Assembly: GCA_963771355.1 (NCBI GenBank)
Contig: CAVYTA010000006.1
Span: forward strand, 896,001 to 960,000
DNA: 64,000 nt
Source: an uncultured Candidatus Rokubacteria bacterium
Lineage (GTDB): Bacteria > Methylomirabilota > Methylomirabilia > Rokubacteriales > CSP1-6
Direction of reading: 5' to 3'
Shown: positions 54,318 to 63,927 of the stretch, one piece after another
How the letters are laid out: each line of letters starts with the position of its first letter
Numbering within the stretch: the first letter of the stretch is position 1
Notes under the pieces: model-generated
What the model saw: the letters and a program-made list of their open reading frames with translations, nothing else
Database searches by the model: none
What the model was told of the DNA's origin: nothing
Position numbers and translations under genes: made by a program

Positions 54318-55090
54318 GCCGGCTGAGCGTCACCATCGTGGCCTGGAACGAGGAAGAGCGCCTGCGTGCCTGCCTCGAGAGCGTGGCCTGGGCCGACGAG
54401 ATCATCGTGGTGGACGGGGAGTCCACCGACAAGACGGTGGCGCTGGCGCGTGAGTTCACCGACCGCGTATGGGTGCGCCCCTGGCCGGGCTTCGCGGCTC
54501 AGAAGAACTTCGGGCTGGAGCAGGCCACCGGCGACTGGGTGCTCTCGCTCGACGCGGACGAGCGGGTCACTCCCGAGCTCCGGCAGCGCATCGCGCGGGT
54601 CCTCGCCGAGGACGGAGCCGGCACGCCGGGGGCCGACGGCTACTCGATCCCTCGGCGTAACATGTTCTGGGGCGCCTGGGTCCGGCACGGCGGCCTCTAT
54701 CCGGACTATCAGCTCCGGCTCTTCCGCCGGCGCGCCGGCCGCTTCGTGGATGATGTCGTGCACGAGTCGGTGCGCGTGCAAGGACGGGTGGAGACGCTCG
54801 CCGAGGCGCTGCTCCACCACTCCTACCGGAGCCTGGAGGACTTCGTCCAGCGCTCCAACCGCTACTCGACCCTCGCCGCGGGGGCCTGGCTGGAGCGGGG
54901 GAAGCATGTCGGGCTCGCCGATCTCATCTTCAGGCCGCTGGGACGGTTCCTCTCGATGTACATTATTCGCCTGGGCTTCCTCGACGGCTGGCGCGGGTTC
55001 GTGCTGGCCGTCCTGTACGCCGACTACGTCTTCTTGCGGATGGCCAAGGCCTGGGAGGCCCGCCTCCCTCCGCAGGACAACCCCCACTGA
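54314..55090 (+). CDS. GT2 glycosyltransferase (WaaE/KdtX-like)
   Basis: NEE..L..CLESV.WADE, WPGFAAQKN, LDADE, VHE, GFLDG. Confidence 0.85.
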   Translation: MSRLSVTIVAWNEEERLRACLESVAWADEIIVVDGESTDKTVALAREFTDRVWVRPWPGFAAQKNFGLEQATGDWVLSLDADERVTPELRQRIARVLAEDGAGTPGADGYSIPRRNMFWGAWVRHGGLYPDYQLRLFRRRAGRFVDDVVHESVRVQGRVETLAEALLHHSYRSLEDFVQRSNRYSTLAAGAWLERGKHVGLADLIFRPLGRFLSMYIIRLGFLDGWRGFVLAVLYADYVFLRMAKAWEARLPPQDNPH

Positions 55091-55098
55091 GGAGCGGC

Positions 55099-56091
55099 AT
55101 GGCAGCGAGCAGGCAGCGGGTCCTGTCCGGGATGCGCCCCACGGGGAAGCTCCACCTCGGCAATTTCCTCGGGGCCCTCGAGAACTGGGTGCGCCTGCAG
55201 GCCGAGTACGAGTGCTTCTACTTCGTGGCCAACTGGCATGTCCTCACCACCGACGCCGAGCACAGCGCGGAGGCGGGCGCCAGTACCCTCGAGATGATGG
55301 CGGACTGGCTGGGCGCCGGGCTCGACCCCGAGCAGTCCACGCTGTTCATCCAGTCGCGGGTGCCCGAGCACGCCGAGCTCCACCTCCTCTTCTCCATGGT
55401 GGTCCCGGTGGGCTGGCTGGAGCGCGTGCCCACCTACAAGGAGATGGTGGAACAGCTCGGCATCGCCGCGCCCTCCTACGGGCTGCTCGGCTATCCGCTG
55501 CTGCAGTCCGCGGACATCCTCATGTACAAGGCGCACTGGGTGCCGGTGGGAGCGGACCAGGTGCCCCATATCGAGCTGACGCGCGAGGTCGCGCGGCGCT
55601 TCAACAGCACGTGGAAGCCGGTGTTCCCGGAGCCCCAGGCCAAGCTCACCCAGATCCCCAAGGTGCCGGGCACCGACGGCCGGAAGATGTCCAAGTCCTA
55701 CGGGAATGCCATCGAGCTGTCGGATAGCTCCGAGGAGATCGCCCGGAAGATCAAGCCCATGGTCACGGATCCGGCGCGGAAGCGCCGCACCGATCCCGGC
55801 AATCCCGACATCTGCCCGGTGTTCGACCTCCACCGCATCTTCACGCCTGAAGGGCCACGCGAAAGCTGCGCGCAGGGCTGCCGCACCGCCGCCATCGGCT
55901 GCCTCGACTGCAAGGCCGTCCTGCTCGAGCACATGCTGCCCCCGCTGGCCGCCATTCGCGAACGGCGCCAGCGCTGGGCGGAGCGGCCGAAGGAGATGCT
56001 CGAGATCCTGCACGAGGGCTCGCGGCGCGCGCAGGCCATCGCGCGGCTGACCATGGACGAGGTGCGGGACGCGATCAGGCTGGAGCCATGA
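55099..56091 (+). CDS. trpS: Tryptophan--tRNA ligase
   Basis: SGMRPTGKLHLGN, YPLLQSADI, VPVGADQ, KMSKS. Confidence 0.96.
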   Translation: MAASRQRVLSGMRPTGKLHLGNFLGALENWVRLQAEYECFYFVANWHVLTTDAEHSAEAGASTLEMMADWLGAGLDPEQSTLFIQSRVPEHAELHLLFSMVVPVGWLERVPTYKEMVEQLGIAAPSYGLLGYPLLQSADILMYKAHWVPVGADQVPHIELTREVARRFNSTWKPVFPEPQAKLTQIPKVPGTDGRKMSKSYGNAIELSDSSEEIARKIKPMVTDPARKRRTDPGNPDICPVFDLHRIFTPEGPRESCAQGCRTAAIGCLDCKAVLLEHMLPPLAAIRERRQRWAERPKEMLEILHEGSRRAQAIARLTMDEVRDAIRLEP

Positions 56092-56879
56092 CGGAGGTCG
56101 CGGCCCCCGGCCTCACCGTGCGCGTCGAGTCCTTCGAGGGCCCGCTGGACCTGCTGCTCCACCTCTGCCGTACCAGCGAGGTGGACCTGGCGCGGCTGCC
56201 CATCCGCACCGTCACCGACCAGTACCTCGCCCATCTCGAATCCGTCCGCTTCCAGGACCTCGAGACCGCCGGGTCCTTCATGGTGATGGCGGCGACCTTG
56301 ATCTACCTCAAGTCCAAGCTCCTCTTGCCGCCTACCGGCGAGCCGGGCGAGGACGAGATGGATCCCGAGGGCGAGCTTCTGCGCCAGGAGCTCGCCGCGC
56401 GACTGGCCGAATACGCGCGCGTCAAGACGCTGGGAGGGTGGCTGGCCGCGCGCGAGGCCGAGCAGGCGCTCCTCTTCGGGCGCACCACCGCCGAGCTGCC
56501 GCCGCCGGAGGAAATCCCGCTCCAGGACCTTTCCGTGCACCTCCTCACGCGCGCCATCAACCGGCTCATCGAGGAGCAGAAGCGCGAGCGGCCCCGCGAG
56601 GTAGAGCCCAACCCCATCTCGGTGCTGGACCGCATGAGCGAGATCCTGTCGCTCCTGCGCTCGACGTGGTCGCTCCTCTTCTCGTCGGTGGCGGGCGGCG
56701 AGCGCGTCCGCGCCGAGTGGGTGGTGACGCTTCTCGCGCTGCTCGAGATGGTGCGGCTGGGCCAGGCACGCGCTCGGCAGTCCGAGCTCTTCGGCGACAT
56801 CGTGATCGAGCGTGGCGGCGGCGTCCCGGTGGACGTGACCGACGAGACGGACCCGGCGCCCCAGGGAGAGCCCGCATGA
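56088..56879 (+). CDS. scpA: Segregation/condensation protein A
   Basis: FEGPLDLLL, MAATLIYLKSKLLLP, LALLEM. Confidence 0.92.
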   Translation: MTEVAAPGLTVRVESFEGPLDLLLHLCRTSEVDLARLPIRTVTDQYLAHLESVRFQDLETAGSFMVMAATLIYLKSKLLLPPTGEPGEDEMDPEGELLRQELAARLAEYARVKTLGGWLAAREAEQALLFGRTTAELPPPEEIPLQDLSVHLLTRAINRLIEEQKRERPREVEPNPISVLDRMSEILSLLRSTWSLLFSSVAGGERVRAEWVVTLLALLEMVRLGQARARQSELFGDIVIERGGGVPVDVTDETDPAPQGEPA

Positions 56880-57514
56880 CCGAGCCCATCGACGTTCTCG
56901 AAGCCCTGCTCTTCGCCTCCGAGTCGCCGGTGGAGACGGCTACCATCCGCGAGGTGCTCGAGCTGCCGTCGGCAGACGCGGCGCGCACCCTGGTGGAGGC
57001 GCTCACCGCGCGCCTGCGCGACGAGGGCCGCGCGCTGCAGATCCTCGAGGTCGGCGGCGGCTTCCGGCTGGTGACCCGCCCGGAGGTGGCACCGTGGCTG
57101 GTGAAGCTCGCGCGCGCGCGCACGCGCCAGCGCCTCTCGCGTCCGTCGCTGGAGACGCTCGCCATCATCGCCTACCGCCAGCCCGTGTCGCGGCCGGAGG
57201 TGGACGCGGTGCGCGGGGTGAACTCGGACGCGGTGCTGGACAATCTCCTCGAGCGCCGGCTCATCCGCATCGCCGGCCGCAAGGACTCGCCCGGCCGGCC
57301 CTTCCTCTACGAGACCACCCGCGAGTTCCTGGTCGCCTTCGGGCTCCGCGACGTCGCCGACCTCCCCAAGCCCGACGGCGAGCTGATCATTCCCGAGACG
57401 CCCCCGCCCGATCCTTCGGGGCAGGGCGAGCTCGCCACGGAGCTGGCCGGTGCCGTCGATCCGTCTCAGCAAGATCCTGGCCCAGGCGGGGCTGAGCTCG
57501 CGTCGCGGGGCTGA
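56876..57514 (+). CDS. scpB: Segregation/condensation protein B
   Basis: LEALLFA, LETLAIIAYRQPV, VRGV, PGRP..Y.TT..FL..FGL. Confidence 0.94.
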   Translation: MTEPIDVLEALLFASESPVETATIREVLELPSADAARTLVEALTARLRDEGRALQILEVGGGFRLVTRPEVAPWLVKLARARTRQRLSRPSLETLAIIAYRQPVSRPEVDAVRGVNSDAVLDNLLERRLIRIAGRKDSPGRPFLYETTREFLVAFGLRDVADLPKPDGELIIPETPPPDPSGQGELATELAGAVDPSQQDPGPGGAELASRG

Positions 57515-58208
57515 GACCCTCCTCGGGGAGGGGCGCGTCACCGTCAACGGCACGGTGCGCCTCGAGCCGGGGGCGCAGGCGGACCCCGAGCGCGACGTGA
57601 TCGTGGTGGACGGTCGGCGCCTCGAGCCGGCCGCCGCCCGCACCTATCTCCTCCTTCACAAGCCGCGGGGCTACGTGACCAGCCGCGCCGATCCGGGCGG
57701 CCGCGCGGTGGTGCTGGACCTGCTCCCTTCCGGGCGCGCGCGCGTCTTTCCCGTGGGCCGGCTCGACGCCGACACGGAGGGGCTCCTGCTCCTCACCGAT
57801 GACGGTCCGCTCGCCAACTACCTCCTGCACCCGCGCTACGAGATTCCCCGCGTCTATGACGCGCAGGTGGAAGGGCGGGTGCGCGCGGCCGATCTCGTCC
57901 GCTGGCGCCGCGGCGCCGTGCTCGAAGACGGCCCGGCGGTGCCCAAGGATGTGCGCCTGCTGCGCGCGGACGGGACCACCACCTGGGTGCGCCTCACCTT
58001 CGCGGAGGGACGGAAACGCGAGGTGCGCCGCTACGCTCAGGCGCTCGGCCATCCCGTGCGCCGCCTCATTCGTGTGCAGTTCGGTCCCCTCCAGCTGGGC
58101 ACCCTCCGGGTGGGGGCCAGCCGCCCCCTGACCGACGATGAGCTTGCCGCGCTCAACCGCTTGCGTGGGGGGAACCCATCGCCTATACTGCGTAGGCTCG
58201 ATAGATAG
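57450..58208 (+). CDS. rluB: rRNA pseudouridine synthase (RluB/RsuA family)
   Basis: RLSKILA..G.SSRR S4 domain, HKPRG, VGRLD, EGRKREVRR. Follows scpB. Confidence 0.85.
   Translation: MPSIRLSKILAQAGLSSRRGAETLLGEGRVTVNGTVRLEPGAQADPERDVIVVDGRRLEPAAARTYLLLHKPRGYVTSRADPGGRAVVLDLLPSGRARVFPVGRLDADTEGLLLLTDDGPLANYLLHPRYEIPRVYDAQVEGRVRAADLVRWRRGAVLEDGPAVPKDVRLLRADGTTTWVRLTFAEGRKREVRRYAQALGHPVRRLIRVQFGPLQLGTLRVGASRPLTDDELAALNRLRGGNPSPILRRLDR
58161..58189 (+). promoter_or_regulatory. Putative sigma-70 promoter for the pheA operon, inside the rluB 3' end
   Basis: TTGCGT-N17-TATACT. Confidence 0.5.
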
Positions 58209-58227
58209 ATCGGCTTCAGGAGCCTTT

Positions 58228-59289
58228 ATGAACCTGGACGATTGGCGTTCCAGGATCAACAACCTCGACCACGAGATCCTAGACCTCCTCAATCAGCGCG
58301 CAGACGCCGCCCTCCACATCGGCGAGCTCAAGAGGCAGCAGGATCTTCCCTACTTCGTTCCGGAGCGCGAGGCCCAGGTCCTCGACCGCCTCGTCACGCT
58401 GAATGGTGGTCCGTTGCCCGCCGACGCGCTCCGCGCGATCTGGCGGGAGATCCTCTCCGCCTCGCTCGCGCTCGAGAATCCGCTCCCCGTGGTATACCTG
58501 GGCCCGCCCGCCACGTATACGCACCAGGCGGCGCGCGCGCGCTTCGGCTCCTCGGCCGCCTTCCGGCCCATGCGAAACATCGCGGAGGTGTTCGACGAGG
58601 TCGAGCGCGGCCGCGCGGAGTATGGGGTGGTACCGGTGGAGAATTCCACCGAAGGGCCGGTCAACATCACGCTGGACCGCCTGATCGACTCCGACGCCCT
58701 CATCACGGGCGAGATGACGCTGGAGATCACGCATCACCTGCTGTCGCGGGCCGGCGAGCTCGGCGAGGTCAAGAAGGTCTGCTCCCACCCGCAGGGCCTG
58801 GCCCAGTGCCGGCAGTGGCTGGCCGCGCACCTGCCCGACGTGGCCACCGAGGAGACGTCCTCCACCGCCGCCGCCGCGGAGCGCGCCAAGGACGATCCTA
58901 CCGTGGCCGCCATCGCCTCCGAGATGGCGGGCCGGATCTACGAGGTCCCCGCGCTCCGCCGGCGCATCGAGGACAATCCCTTCAACTCCACGCGGTTCCT
59001 GGTGCTGGGCCGCCGTCCCATGCCGGTCACCGGACGCGACAAGACCTCCATCCTCTTCTCCATGAAGAACGAGCCCGGCGTGCTCTTCAGCATCCTCCAG
59101 CCGTTCGCGGAGCGCGGGCTCAACCTGACCAAGATCGAATCACGGCCGACCAAGCGGCGGCCCTGGGAATACGTCAACTTCGTCGATTTCGAGGGCCATC
59201 GGGACACCGAGGGCGTGGATGGCGCGCTCGCCGCGGTGCGGGAGCGGTGCCAGTTCCTCAAGATCCTCGGATCCTACCCGGCCGCCTAA
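58228..59289 (+). CDS. pheA: Chorismate mutase / prephenate dehydratase
   Basis: CM domain, PVENSTEG, SHPQ, NSTRF, NLTKIESRP, LGSYP. SD AGGAG. Confidence 0.95.
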   Translation: MNLDDWRSRINNLDHEILDLLNQRADAALHIGELKRQQDLPYFVPEREAQVLDRLVTLNGGPLPADALRAIWREILSASLALENPLPVVYLGPPATYTHQAARARFGSSAAFRPMRNIAEVFDEVERGRAEYGVVPVENSTEGPVNITLDRLIDSDALITGEMTLEITHHLLSRAGELGEVKKVCSHPQGLAQCRQWLAAHLPDVATEETSSTAAAAERAKDDPTVAAIASEMAGRIYEVPALRRRIEDNPFNSTRFLVLGRRPMPVTGRDKTSILFSMKNEPGVLFSILQPFAERGLNLTKIESRPTKRRPWEYVNFVDFEGHRDTEGVDGALAAVRERCQFLKILGSYPAA

Positions 59290-59300
59290 GGAGCCCCCGC

Positions 59301-60416
59301 ATGTCCGTACCCTGGGAATCGCTCGCCAACGAACACATCCTCGGGATTGCCCCGTACGAGCCGGGCAAGCCCATCGAGGAGCTCGAGCGCGAGCTGGGGA
59401 TCCACGACGCGATCAAGCTCGCGTCCAACGAGAATCCCTTGCCCCCGTCCGAGAAGGTCCAGCAGGCGGTGGCCGCCGCGCTGAGCCAGCTCAACCGCTA
59501 TCCGGACGGCACCGGCTTCTACCTCCGCCAGGCCCTGGCCCGTCGCCACGGCGTCACCCCCGACCACATCGTCCTGGGCGCGGGCTCCAACGAGCTGATC
59601 GAGCTCGTCGCGCGGGCCTTCATGCGGCCCGGCGACGAGGCGGTGATCCCCCATCCCTCCTTCGTCGTCTACCCCATGATCGTGCAGGCGGTGGGGGGGA
59701 TCCGGGTGGTGGTGACCCTCAAGGACTACCGGCTCGACCTCAAGGCGATGGCGCGCGCCATCACGCCCATGACCAAGATGGTCTTCATCGCCAACCCGAA
59801 CAATCCCACCGCCACCATCGTCACCGCCGCCGAGGTGGAGGACTTCATGGCGCGCGTGCCCGATCGCGCCATCGTGGTGTTCGACGAGGCGTACTACGAA
59901 TTCGCCCAGGGTCCCGACTTTCCCGACTCGCTCGCCTATCTGCGGGAGGAGCGCAAGGTGGTGGTCCTGCGCACCTTCTCCAAGGCGGCCAGCCTGGCGG
60001 GGCTGCGCGTGGGCTATGCGGTGGGCGATCCCGATTGCGTCTCGCTCCTCAATCGCATCCGGGCCCCCTTCAACGTGAACTCGCTGGCGCAGGTGGCTGC
60101 CCTCGCCGCCCTCGAGGACGATGCCCACATCATCGAGTGCCGGCGCATGATCGAGGCCGGACGCGCGTTCCTCTCCGACGAGTTCGCGTCCCTGGGGCTC
60201 AAGTTCCCGCCCTCGCGCGCCAACTTCATCCTGGTCGACGTGGGCCGGAACGCGCTGGATGTCTACCAGCGGCTCCTCCGCGAGGGAGTCATCGTCCGCC
60301 CCATGCTCTCGTTCGGGATGGAGAGCACGCTGCGCGTGACCATCGGCACCCCCGAGGAGAACCGCCGCCTGATGAAAGCGCTTCGAAAGGTCCTGCAGGA
60401 GGCCAAGCGCGCGTGA
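59301..60416 (+). CDS. hisC: Histidinol-phosphate (aromatic) aminotransferase
   Basis: KLASNENP, YPD, NPNNPT, DEAY, RTFSK...LAGLRVG. Confidence 0.93.
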   Translation: MSVPWESLANEHILGIAPYEPGKPIEELERELGIHDAIKLASNENPLPPSEKVQQAVAAALSQLNRYPDGTGFYLRQALARRHGVTPDHIVLGAGSNELIELVARAFMRPGDEAVIPHPSFVVYPMIVQAVGGIRVVVTLKDYRLDLKAMARAITPMTKMVFIANPNNPTATIVTAAEVEDFMARVPDRAIVVFDEAYYEFAQGPDFPDSLAYLREERKVVVLRTFSKAASLAGLRVGYAVGDPDCVSLLNRIRAPFNVNSLAQVAALAALEDDAHIIECRRMIEAGRAFLSDEFASLGLKFPPSRANFILVDVGRNALDVYQRLLREGVIVRPMLSFGMESTLRVTIGTPEENRRLMKALRKVLQEAKRA

Positions 60417-61261
60417 TCCCCCGGCTCTGCGTCGTCGGTCTCGGTCTCCTGGGCGGCTCGGTGGCGAAAGCCGCCCGCGAGCGCGGGCTGGCGCGGGAGA
60501 TCGTGGCGGTGGGGCGGCGCGCCTCGAGCCTGGAGCCGGCGCTTCGCGCGGGCGTGGTGGACCAGGCGACGACGGATCTTGCCTCCGGCGTGAAGGAGGC
60601 GGACTTCTGCCTCCTCGCCACCCCGGTGGCCTCGCTCGAGCGCCAGCTCGCCGCGGTGTGGGCCGCCCTCCCCGCGCGCGCCCTGGTCACCGACGTGGGC
60701 AGCACCAAGGGGCGCATCGTGGCGACTGCCGAGGGCCTCGCCGCCGGGCGGCCGCTCGCCTTCGTGGGCGGCCACCCCATGGCCGGGTCCGAGCGCGCGG
60801 GCTTCGCGGAGGCGCGCGCCGACCTCTTCGAGGGGGCCACCGTCATCCTCACGCCCACCGAGCGCACACCGCCCGACGCGGTGACGCGCGTGCGCGGCTT
60901 CTGGGAAGCGGTGGGCGGACGCGTCACCGTGCTCGATCCCACCACGCATGACCGCGCGGTGGCGGCGGTGAGCCATCTTCCGCATCTGGTGGCGGACGCC
61001 CTGATGGACGCCGTGCTCCGCATGGATCCCGCCTTCCTCGACGTGGCCGCGCGGGGCTTCCGCGACACCACCCGCATCGCCGCCGCCAGCCCCGAGATCT
61101 GGCGCGAGATCTTCCTGGACAATCGCGCGGCGCTCGCCGAGGCGGTGGCCGCCTTTCGCAAGTCGCTGGACCACCTCGAGGGCATGCTCGCCGCCGGGGA
61201 CGCCGCCGCAGTGGAGGCGGAGCTCGAGCGGATCAAGCAGGCCCGGGAGTCGCTGGGATGA
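60413..61261 (+). CDS. tyrA: Prephenate/arogenate dehydrogenase
   Basis: GLGLLGGS, DVGSTK, HPMAGSE, SHLPH, GFRDTTRIA. Confidence 0.93.
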   Translation: MIPRLCVVGLGLLGGSVAKAARERGLAREIVAVGRRASSLEPALRAGVVDQATTDLASGVKEADFCLLATPVASLERQLAAVWAALPARALVTDVGSTKGRIVATAEGLAAGRPLAFVGGHPMAGSERAGFAEARADLFEGATVILTPTERTPPDAVTRVRGFWEAVGGRVTVLDPTTHDRAVAAVSHLPHLVADALMDAVLRMDPAFLDVAARGFRDTTRIAAASPEIWREIFLDNRAALAEAVAAFRKSLDHLEGMLAAGDAAAVEAELERIKQARESLG

Positions 61262-62586
61262 GGATACGGGTGCGGCGGGCGGGCCGATTGACGGGCCGGG
61301 TGGCGGTGCCGGGGGACAAGTCCATCTCCCACCGCGCCGCGCTCTTCGGCGCGCTGGCCAGCGGCCGCACCGAGATCACCGGCTTCCTCGAGGGCGAGGA
61401 CTGCCTGGCCACTCTCAAGGCCGTGCGTGCGCTGGGTGCCGAAGTGACGCGGAAGGGGCCCGGCCACTATCTGGTGGACGGCACCGGGGTCAACGGCCTC
61501 ACCGAGCCGGACAACGTGATCGACTGCGGTAACTCCGGCACCAGCGCCCGCCTGCTCGTGGGCGTGCTGGCCGGCCAGCCCTTCTGGACCGTGCTCACCG
61601 GGGACGACTCCCTGCGGAGCCGGCCCATGGACCGCGTGGCCGAGCCGCTCCGCCGCATGGGCGCCACCGTGGTGGGGCGGCGCGAGGGCAGTCGGCTGCC
61701 GCTCGCGGTGCGCGGCGCGCGGCCCCTCAAGGCGCTCACCTACGCCTCGCCGGTGGCCTCCGCCCAGGTCAAGACCGCGTTGCTCCTCGCCGGGCTCTGG
61801 GCCGACGGGCCGGTGACGGTGCGCGAGCCCACGCCCTCGCGCGACCACACCGAGCGCATGCTGGGCGGATTCGGCGCGCGCCTGACGGTCGGCCCCGAGG
61901 GGATCACCCTGACGCCCGGCGCCCCGCTCTCCGGCCAGCCGGTCGCGGTGCCCGGAGACATCTCCTCCGCCGCCTTCTTCCTGGTGGCGGCGGCGGCGGC
62001 GCCGGAGGCCGAGGTCACGGTGTCGCAGGTGGGCACCAATCCCACGCGCACCGGCGTGCTCGAGGTGCTGCGCGCCATGGGCGCGTCGATCGAATCCGTG
62101 ACGGGCGACTCCGCGGCGGGCAGCCACGCCGTCGCCGAGCCCTTCGCCGACCTGGTAGTCCGCGGCGGGGCGCTGCGGGGCACCGAGATCGGCGGCGCCC
62201 TCGTCCCGCGCCTCATCGACGAGGTGCCCATCCTCGCGGTGGCCGCCTGCCTCGCCGACGGGCCCACCGAGATCCGCGACGCCGCCGAGCTCCGCGTGAA
62301 GGAGTCGGACCGCATCCGCGCCGTCGCCACCGAGCTGGGCCGCCTGGGCGCGCGCGTCACCGAGCGCCCGGATGGCTTGCGCATCGAGGGCGGCACGCGA
62401 CTGCGCGGGGCGGTGGTGCAGAGCGGGGGCGATCACCGGATCGCCATGGCCCTGGTGGTGGCGGGCCTGCTTGCGGACGGGGAGACGGTGGTGGAGGATA
62501 CGGAGTGCATCGCCACCTCCTTCCCTGGATTCCTCTCCGCGGTGAACGATCTGGCGGGCGCCCAGGCGGCACGGGCCGAATCATGA
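61258..62586 (+). CDS. aroA: EPSP synthase (class II)
   Basis: PGDKSISHR, CGNSGT, SAQVK, RDHTE, ELRVKESDR, DHRIAM. Confidence 0.97.
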   Translation: MRIRVRRAGRLTGRVAVPGDKSISHRAALFGALASGRTEITGFLEGEDCLATLKAVRALGAEVTRKGPGHYLVDGTGVNGLTEPDNVIDCGNSGTSARLLVGVLAGQPFWTVLTGDDSLRSRPMDRVAEPLRRMGATVVGRREGSRLPLAVRGARPLKALTYASPVASAQVKTALLLAGLWADGPVTVREPTPSRDHTERMLGGFGARLTVGPEGITLTPGAPLSGQPVAVPGDISSAAFFLVAAAAAPEAEVTVSQVGTNPTRTGVLEVLRAMGASIESVTGDSAAGSHAVAEPFADLVVRGGALRGTEIGGALVPRLIDEVPILAVAACLADGPTEIRDAAELRVKESDRIRAVATELGRLGARVTERPDGLRIEGGTRLRGAVVQSGGDHRIAMALVVAGLLADGETVVEDTECIATSFPGFLSAVNDLAGAQAARAES

Positions 62587-63269
62587 GTGCAGGAGGCCGA
62601 CGCGAGCCCGTGATCACCATCGACGGACCGGCGGGAGCGGGAAAGTCCACCGCGGCGCGCGAGCTCGCGCGGCGCCTGGGCTACCGGCTCCTCGACACTG
62701 GCGCGATGTACCGCGCGCTCGCGTGGGCGGTGCGCGAGGCGGGCATTCCCGCCGAGGACGGCCCCGCCCTGCGCGCCCTGCTCGAGCAAACCACGGTGGA
62801 ATTGCTCGAGGACCGGGTGCTGGTGAACGGCAAGGACGTGACGGGCGAGATCCGCACCCCCGAGGTCGGCGAGCTCACCTCGCTGCTCACCATGCTGCGC
62901 CCCGTGCGCGACAAGCTCACCCCCGTGCAGCGGGCGCTGGCCGCCCGGGGCGGGGTGGTGCTGGAGGGGCGCGACACCGGCAGCGTGGTCTGCCCTGACG
63001 CCGAGGTGAAGTTCTACCTCGACGCCGACCTGGACGCCCGGGCGCGGCGCCGCCAGGAGGAGCTGGCGGAGCGCGGCGTCCGGCTGGACCTCTCCGCGGT
63101 GCGCGCGGAAGTGGCGCGGCGCGACCGGCAGGACCGGGGGCGGGCGATCGCGCCGCTGGTTTGCCCGGCTGATGCGGTGGTGGTGGACACGACGGGACTC
63201 GGTGAGGACGTGGTGGTGGAGCGGCTCGTCGAAGCCGTGGAGCGGGCCCGATGCTCTACGAGATCTTGA
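62583..63269 (+). CDS. cmk: Cytidylate kinase
   Basis: IDGPAGAGKST, DTGAMYR, EGRD, RRD.QD. Confidence 0.95.
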   Translation: MSAGGRREPVITIDGPAGAGKSTAARELARRLGYRLLDTGAMYRALAWAVREAGIPAEDGPALRALLEQTTVELLEDRVLVNGKDVTGEIRTPEVGELTSLLTMLRPVRDKLTPVQRALAARGGVVLEGRDTGSVVCPDAEVKFYLDADLDARARRRQEELAERGVRLDLSAVRAEVARRDRQDRGRAIAPLVCPADAVVVDTTGLGEDVVVERLVEAVERARCSTRS

Positions 63270-63862
63270 AGCCGATCGTGAGGCTGATCACGCTGATCAT
63301 GTGGCGGCTGGAGGTGCGCGGCGCGGAGCAGATGCCCCGGAAGGGGCCGCTTCTCCTGGTGTCGAACCACATCAGCGTGCTCGATCCCCCGCTGATCGGC
63401 GTCGTCACGCCGCGCCAGCTGACGTTCCTCGCCAAGGCGGAGCTCTTCGACATCCCGCTGCTGGGCCGATTCATCCGCGCCGTCAATGCCCGCCCCGTCC
63501 GGCGGGAGGGCAGCGACGCGCGTGCCCTCAAGGACGCGCTGCGGGTGCTCGAAGAAGGCCGCGCGCTGCTGGTATTTCCGGAGGGCACCCGGGGGACCGA
63601 GGGCGTCCTGCGCGAGGCCAAGCCCGGCGCGGGCATGCTCGCGGTGCTGAGCGGGGCGGCGGTGGTGCCCGTGTACATCACCGGGAGCGGCCGGGTCATG
63701 CCGCGCGGCGCCGCGCTCCCGCGGCCGGGCAAGGTGAGCGTCCGCTTCGGGGCGCCGTTACACTTCAAGCCCGGGATCGGGTCGGAGCGGAAGGAGACGT
63801 ATCGCGCGGCGGCGGACGAGATGATGCGGGCCATCGCGCAGCTCAAGGCGCAGGCCGCCTGA
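63251..63862 (+). CDS. plsC: 1-acyl-sn-glycerol-3-phosphate acyltransferase
   Basis: NHISVLD (HX4D), AKAELF, FPEGTR. Confidence 0.88.
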   Translation: MLYEILKPIVRLITLIMWRLEVRGAEQMPRKGPLLLVSNHISVLDPPLIGVVTPRQLTFLAKAELFDIPLLGRFIRAVNARPVRREGSDARALKDALRVLEEGRALLVFPEGTRGTEGVLREAKPGAGMLAVLSGAAVVPVYITGSGRVMPRGAALPRPGKVSVRFGAPLHFKPGIGSERKETYRAAADEMMRAIAQLKAQAA

Positions 63863-63867
63863 GTCGA

Positions 63868-63896
63868 CTGACACAGGATCCACGTAGCACTATATA
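63868..63896 (+). promoter_or_regulatory. Putative sigma-70 promoter
   Basis: CTGACA-N17-TATATA in an AT-rich gap. Confidence 0.45.
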
Positions 63897-63927
63897 TAGA
63901 TAGGGATAAAGGAGGCAGTAAGGACTT

